A stretch of 20,000 bases of DNA from an uncultured virus (IMG/VR IMGVR_UViG_3300024272_002111) (lineage: Duplodnaviria; Heunggongvirae; Uroviricota; Caudoviricetes): IMG/VR virus record IMGVR_UViG_3300024272_002111; one strand, given 5' to 3'. Shown here piece after piece: positions 16,151 to 20,000 of this stretch. The notes under the pieces were generated by a model. That model did no database searches, was not told the origin of the DNA, and was given only the letters and a program-made list of their open reading frames with translations. Position 1 is the first letter of the stretch, and each line of letters begins with the position of its first letter. Made by a program: the position numbers and the translations under genes.

Positions 16151-16954
16151 ATGAGTTACAATAAAGAAACCGGTATGTATGAAGGGTTTATATACAAGAT
16201 CTATAATGATGTGAATGATAAGATTTATATCGGACAGACGCGAAGGTTTATAGCGGAACGGTTCTCAAAGCATATAAGTGATGCATTTAATAGAGATGAT
16301 AATATGGCTTTACATGCAGCGATTAGGAAATATGGAAGAGAAAACTTTCATATTTGCGAAATAGAATGTATTAAATGTGATTCTAAAGATGAGCTTGTTC
16401 GTAGGTTAAATGAAAGAGAAGTATATAATATAGTTTTATACAACTCCAAAAGTCCTAATGGATATAATGTTTCTACTGGTGGTGTTTTAAATGATACAAA
16501 ACGAATTCCTATTGTAAGATATGACACAATTAGAGGTGCATATTATGAATATGATTCCATTGTAGACGCTGAAATAGACACAGGAATATCCTCAACTCGC
16601 ATTTGTGCTTGTTGTAATGAAAGAGTTTTTAGTTGTGATCGAAATATATTTAGATATAAATCACAGGGTATTACAGAGGAAGATATAATTAAATATACAC
16701 ATTTGCATCCAAAAGTAAAAAAATATAATTTCAATGGGGATCTTATCAATACATATATTACGCAAAAAGAGGCTGCTGAAGATTTAAAAGCAATATATCC
16801 TTTGGCAAGTATAACTAGTATTACTGCTTGTTGTAAGGGTAAATTGCAAACTGCTTATGGATTTATATGGAGATATGAATTCGATGATTTTGACAAATAT
16901 GCAATAGATAACTTGCTTGGTGAAAGCGGTATAAGGGCAAAAAAGGCAGTGTAA
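16151..16954 (+). CDS. Free-standing GIY-YIG homing endonuclease with NUMOD1-like repeats
   Basis: GFIYKIYNDVNDKIYIGQT, RF..H, ERE, PNGYNVSTGG and ACCKGKLQTAYGFIWRY motifs; AAAGGAGG precedes ATG 16151. Confidence 0.9.
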   Translation: MSYNKETGMYEGFIYKIYNDVNDKIYIGQTRRFIAERFSKHISDAFNRDDNMALHAAIRKYGRENFHICEIECIKCDSKDELVRRLNEREVYNIVLYNSKSPNGYNVSTGGVLNDTKRIPIVRYDTIRGAYYEYDSIVDAEIDTGISSTRICACCNERVFSCDRNIFRYKSQGITEEDIIKYTHLHPKVKKYNFNGDLINTYITQKEAAEDLKAIYPLASITSITACCKGKLQTAYGFIWRYEFDDFDKYAIDNLLGESGIRAKKAV

Positions 16955-16966
16955 ATATACTATTTT

Positions 16967-16991
16967 AGACATAGCAATATGTCTTTTTATT
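16967..16991 (+). terminator. Intrinsic terminator-like hairpin
   Basis: AGACATA-GCAA-TATGTCT followed by TTTTATT. Confidence 0.55.
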
Positions 16992-17018
16992 ACATATTTT
17001 TAGTAGAAAGGAGGAACA

Positions 17019-18551
17019 ATGGGAGATATTAATTTGTCAAAACAAATTATACAAACCACTTCTTTATTTAAAAAAGATGAAGAATTTAATGATGAGCGTT
17101 TTATGCGTGTCCGTGTAGCAGCGATGCACACAGGAATCAATCGTAATAATTCTCGCTTTTCTAAGGATTGCATTCTTAAAGCGAAAAATTCGTTTGCAAA
17201 TATTCCAATTCTTGCAGATGTGCAAATGTTTACTGACAAAAATGGCAAACAAGTTATTGATTATCGTGGACATTCTATGCATATTGAGGATGATTTATTT
17301 AACGAAGATGCTCAAAGAATGATTTACGATGAAAAGGTTGTCGGGCTAGTTCCAGAGACAAATAACTTTGAATTAATTTATGACGAAGATGCAAAAGAAT
17401 ATTATGTATGGGTTGATGCATTACTTTATCGTGAGTATGGTAATTACGCTTGTGATGTTTTAGAAAGTCGTGGCGGAAAGACGGATGTTTCAATGGAGAT
17501 TGCTTGTAATGATTTAGCATACTCTTCTTCTGATAAATGTCTTGATGTCGGAGAAATGCAAGCTTGTGGTTTAACCTTACTTGGAGCTGATGTTACACCG
17601 GGAATGGCGAAGGCGCACGCACAGGTATTTAGTATTGATGATAATAATCGTCAGAAACAATTATTTGCAATTATCCAAGAACTAAAAGAGTCTCTTGATA
17701 ATTATATAATGGCAAATGCCAATGAAACTATTAAGGAAGGAGGAAAAGATACAGTGGAAATCAATGAAGTTGTTGAAGAAGTTATTGAAGTAATGGAAGA
17801 AATTCCAGAAGAAGTAACCGAGGAAGTAACAGAAACCACTGAAGAGGAAGTAACTGAGACTATTGTTGAAGATACTGTTGAAGATACTCCTGAAGAAGTG
17901 GTTGAAGAAACTACAGAGGAATTTTCTGAAGAAACTGTTGAAGAAACGGCTGTAGAAAATTCAATTACTTATTCCGTAAATGGTAAGAATTTTGCAGTAA
18001 GTTTAGATGATATTCAGTTCGCTTTGAATTCATTAGTAAATGATACATATGGCGAACAGGATGGTTGTTGGTATGCAACTACTATTTATGAAGACCATTT
18101 GGTAATGATTGATTACTGGACTGGCAGAGCATATAGACAGTCTTATAAGAAACGTAAGGATGTCTACTCTCTCACTGGCGACAGAGTTCCGGTTAAGAGT
18201 TGTTGGCTGACTGCGGATGAAGAAAAGGCAATTGATGACATGAGAAGCAATTACACTGCTATCTCGGAGACACTTGCGAAGTATGAAGCGGAGCCAGCAA
18301 AGATGGAAATTATTAATTCCGACTCTTATGTAAAGATTGCTGAAACCAAGGAATTTGCAGAATTAAGAGATAATCATTTTGACTTATCCGTTGAAGAAGT
18401 AACTGTAAAGGCTGACGAAATCTTACTCGCATATGCGAAAGGTGGCAATCTCAGCTTCTCTGGAAATCCGGAGAAAAAGTCTGTAGGTATGACAAAATTA
18501 CCTATTCAGACAAAGAAACAGAACCGTTATGGTTCATTATTTTCTAAGTAA
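17019..18551 (+). CDS. Prohead protease/scaffold protein (YonD-like)
   Basis: MHTGINRNNS, IPILA, VSMEI and LLGADVTPGM motifs; Glu/Thr/Val-rich linker; located between the portal and capsid genes. Confidence 0.8.
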   Translation: MGDINLSKQIIQTTSLFKKDEEFNDERFMRVRVAAMHTGINRNNSRFSKDCILKAKNSFANIPILADVQMFTDKNGKQVIDYRGHSMHIEDDLFNEDAQRMIYDEKVVGLVPETNNFELIYDEDAKEYYVWVDALLYREYGNYACDVLESRGGKTDVSMEIACNDLAYSSSDKCLDVGEMQACGLTLLGADVTPGMAKAHAQVFSIDDNNRQKQLFAIIQELKESLDNYIMANANETIKEGGKDTVEINEVVEEVIEVMEEIPEEVTEEVTETTEEEVTETIVEDTVEDTPEEVVEETTEEFSEETVEETAVENSITYSVNGKNFAVSLDDIQFALNSLVNDTYGEQDGCWYATTIYEDHLVMIDYWTGRAYRQSYKKRKDVYSLTGDRVPVKSCWLTADEEKAIDDMRSNYTAISETLAKYEAEPAKMEIINSDSYVKIAETKEFAELRDNHFDLSVEEVTVKADEILLAYAKGGNLSFSGNPEKKSVGMTKLPIQTKKQNRYGSLFSK

Positions 18552-18647
18552 TTAAATCGAATGATTTTAATTAAATAACAAAACTAACCAAACACCCAAT
18601 TTATAGGGTGTTATTTTTATGAAATTTTTGAAAGGAGAAATGTAATT

Positions 18648-19115
18648 ATGGCTATTCATTTTGAAATTGCAAAGCATGCAGTTTGCAATCCAGCAAACGT
18701 ACTTGCACAGAATTACGGAGAGCATATGTTCTCTATTCAGCTTAACGGCGACACAGACAACGGCAGTTTAGTAGCAGTTGGTGATTATTTATCTTTAGAC
18801 CTCTTTAAAGAGGCTGCGGTAACTTCTTTTGAAGGTAAGATTGTTCAGCAGATGACAAACGGTAACTATTTAGTAATGGTAACAGATCCAGGTGACGCAG
18901 TTCTCGTTTATGAGAAGCCACTCATTGCTGAAGAGTACAGCAACAATTTTAAGAAGATTAGTAACTTTTATAACAAGGCTGGCGAAGTTGTACGTTGCTA
19001 TGGCTTACATAAGTATGACCGTTTCGAAGTATCCAAGGAAGCTTTCAGTGGAACACCAGCAGTTGGCGCAACTATCTCTTCTGTTTCTAACAAGAAGATG
19101 GTAATTGGTGCTTAA
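18648..19115 (+). CDS. Putative head decoration/structural protein (YonC position)
   Basis: 155 aa with DNG..V and D.FEVS motifs; directly upstream of the major capsid gene; strong RBS. Confidence 0.6.
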   Translation: MAIHFEIAKHAVCNPANVLAQNYGEHMFSIQLNGDTDNGSLVAVGDYLSLDLFKEAAVTSFEGKIVQQMTNGNYLVMVTDPGDAVLVYEKPLIAEEYSNNFKKISNFYNKAGEVVRCYGLHKYDRFEVSKEAFSGTPAVGATISSVSNKKMVIGA

Positions 19116-19142
19116 TTATTGAGAAAGGAGGAATAAAGAATT

Positions 19143-20000
19143 ATGATGACATTTTCTACAAATCATTTAAGAACAGTATTTGCTGAAGAAGGCAAGTATG
19201 ATGCGTTTAAGAAGTTAACATACGATTTAAATCGTGGCAATGAAATTTATGAATATGACGAGGATGGCAATAAGAAGAGAATTTCTAAGGCTGAAGCTAA
19301 CAAGGCAGTTCAGAAGGTAATTTTCGAAATCCTTGAATTAACAGAGGAAACAGCTAAGTCTAAGAAGGCTAGACGTAGAGCATATGAAAAGCATCACACC
19401 GAGCTTTTCGAAGTAATCGAGGAAGAGATCGAATTTAAGATCCAGGAGGGATTCAAGGAATCTGAATGGTTCAATGAGTTCGTTGAAATGAAGAATCTCG
19501 CACTTGGTGATGAGAATGAGTTCTGGACAGACGAAAAAGTATATCTTGAAGTTGCTCGTGTTGCCGGTGATCATCATGACTTAACAATGCAGACACTTGG
19601 TGAAGGTGAATCCTATAGAGTTCAGACTTCCAAGTTCGCTGTTAAGGTTGGTGCTGATATTGATATGGTAACAACTGGTAGACTTGACTTTACAAAGTTA
19701 ACAGACAAGATTGCTGAAGCTTTTATTACCAAGACTCAGGCTATGATGTATGATGAAGTAATTCATGCTGCTGATAAGTTACCTGCAAACAGCCAGTTCA
19801 ATAAGACTGGTAGCTTAACCAAGGATGTATTTGATACATTACTTGAAGATGTTTCTGCTGCTAATGGTGCAGAGGTTGTAATTATGGGTACTAAGGTTGC
19901 TCTTAAGAAGCTTAATGCTCTTGCAGATGTTGACTGGGCATCTGAAGATCAGAAGAGACAGATCAACACTCTTGGTAGATTAGGTAATTATGAAACTACT
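19143..20000 (+). CDS. Major capsid protein (YonB-like), truncated by the window end
   Basis: AAAGGAGG then ATG 19143; the frame is open to the window end (MMTFSTNHLRTVF...ELFEVIEE...WFNEFVEMKNLALGDENEFW); position fits the capsid gene. Missing from the ORF track because there is no stop. Confidence 0.82.
   Translation, partial: MMTFSTNHLRTVFAEEGKYDAFKKLTYDLNRGNEIYEYDEDGNKKRISKAEANKAVQKVIFEILELTEETAKSKKARRRAYEKHHTELFEVIEEEIEFKIQEGFKESEWFNEFVEMKNLALGDENEFWTDEKVYLEVARVAGDHHDLTMQTLGEGESYRVQTSKFAVKVGADIDMVTTGRLDFTKLTDKIAEAFITKTQAMMYDEVIHAADKLPANSQFNKTGSLTKDVFDTLLEDVSAANGAEVVIMGTKVALKKLNALADVDWASEDQKRQINTLGRLGNYETT

Noticed and set aside
17760..17960. GAAGAA/GTTGAA repeats as a CRISPR array or DNA tandem repeat
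   Set aside because: They are imperfect codon-level repeats encoding the Glu/Val/Thr-rich linker, with no constant repeat-spacer pattern.
1..20000. Stop-codon reassignment
   Set aside because: Long genes are intact under the standard code, and TAG and TGA end genes directly before new RBSs or hairpins.

Overview
This AT-rich window is almost entirely + strand and looks like part of a large SPbeta-related tailed phage or prophage of a Firmicutes host. The Firmicutes call rests on strong AGGAGG ribosome-binding sites; a Clostridia-like host is only a guess. Gene order follows the Bacillus SPbeta yonO-to-yonB block: YonO-like single-subunit RNA polymerase (DNDGD), Zn-finger protein, HU, HTH protein, a ~500-bp structured non-coding island, beta-CASP ribonuclease, ClpP, YonK-like and YonJ-like proteins, tRNA-Pro, GIY-YIG endonuclease, small and large terminase, portal, a second GIY-YIG endonuclease, prohead protease/scaffold, head decoration protein and the start of the major capsid gene. 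The most unusual signals are non-coding. (i) A 64-nt RNA has alanine identity (G3.U70, A73) and the architecture of the tmRNA tRNA-like domain but no mRNA-like domain; it lies next to a non-canonical tRNA-Asp and just upstream of the RNase and ClpP genes. (ii) One bulged hairpin with a GUAUGYU loop and a compensatory change occurs in the leaders of both GIY-YIG genes. (iii) Several recurring intergenic motifs are candidate signals for the phage polymerase. All protein calls come from motifs, synteny and recalled family sequences, and all RNA folds were done by eye; no database search was run.
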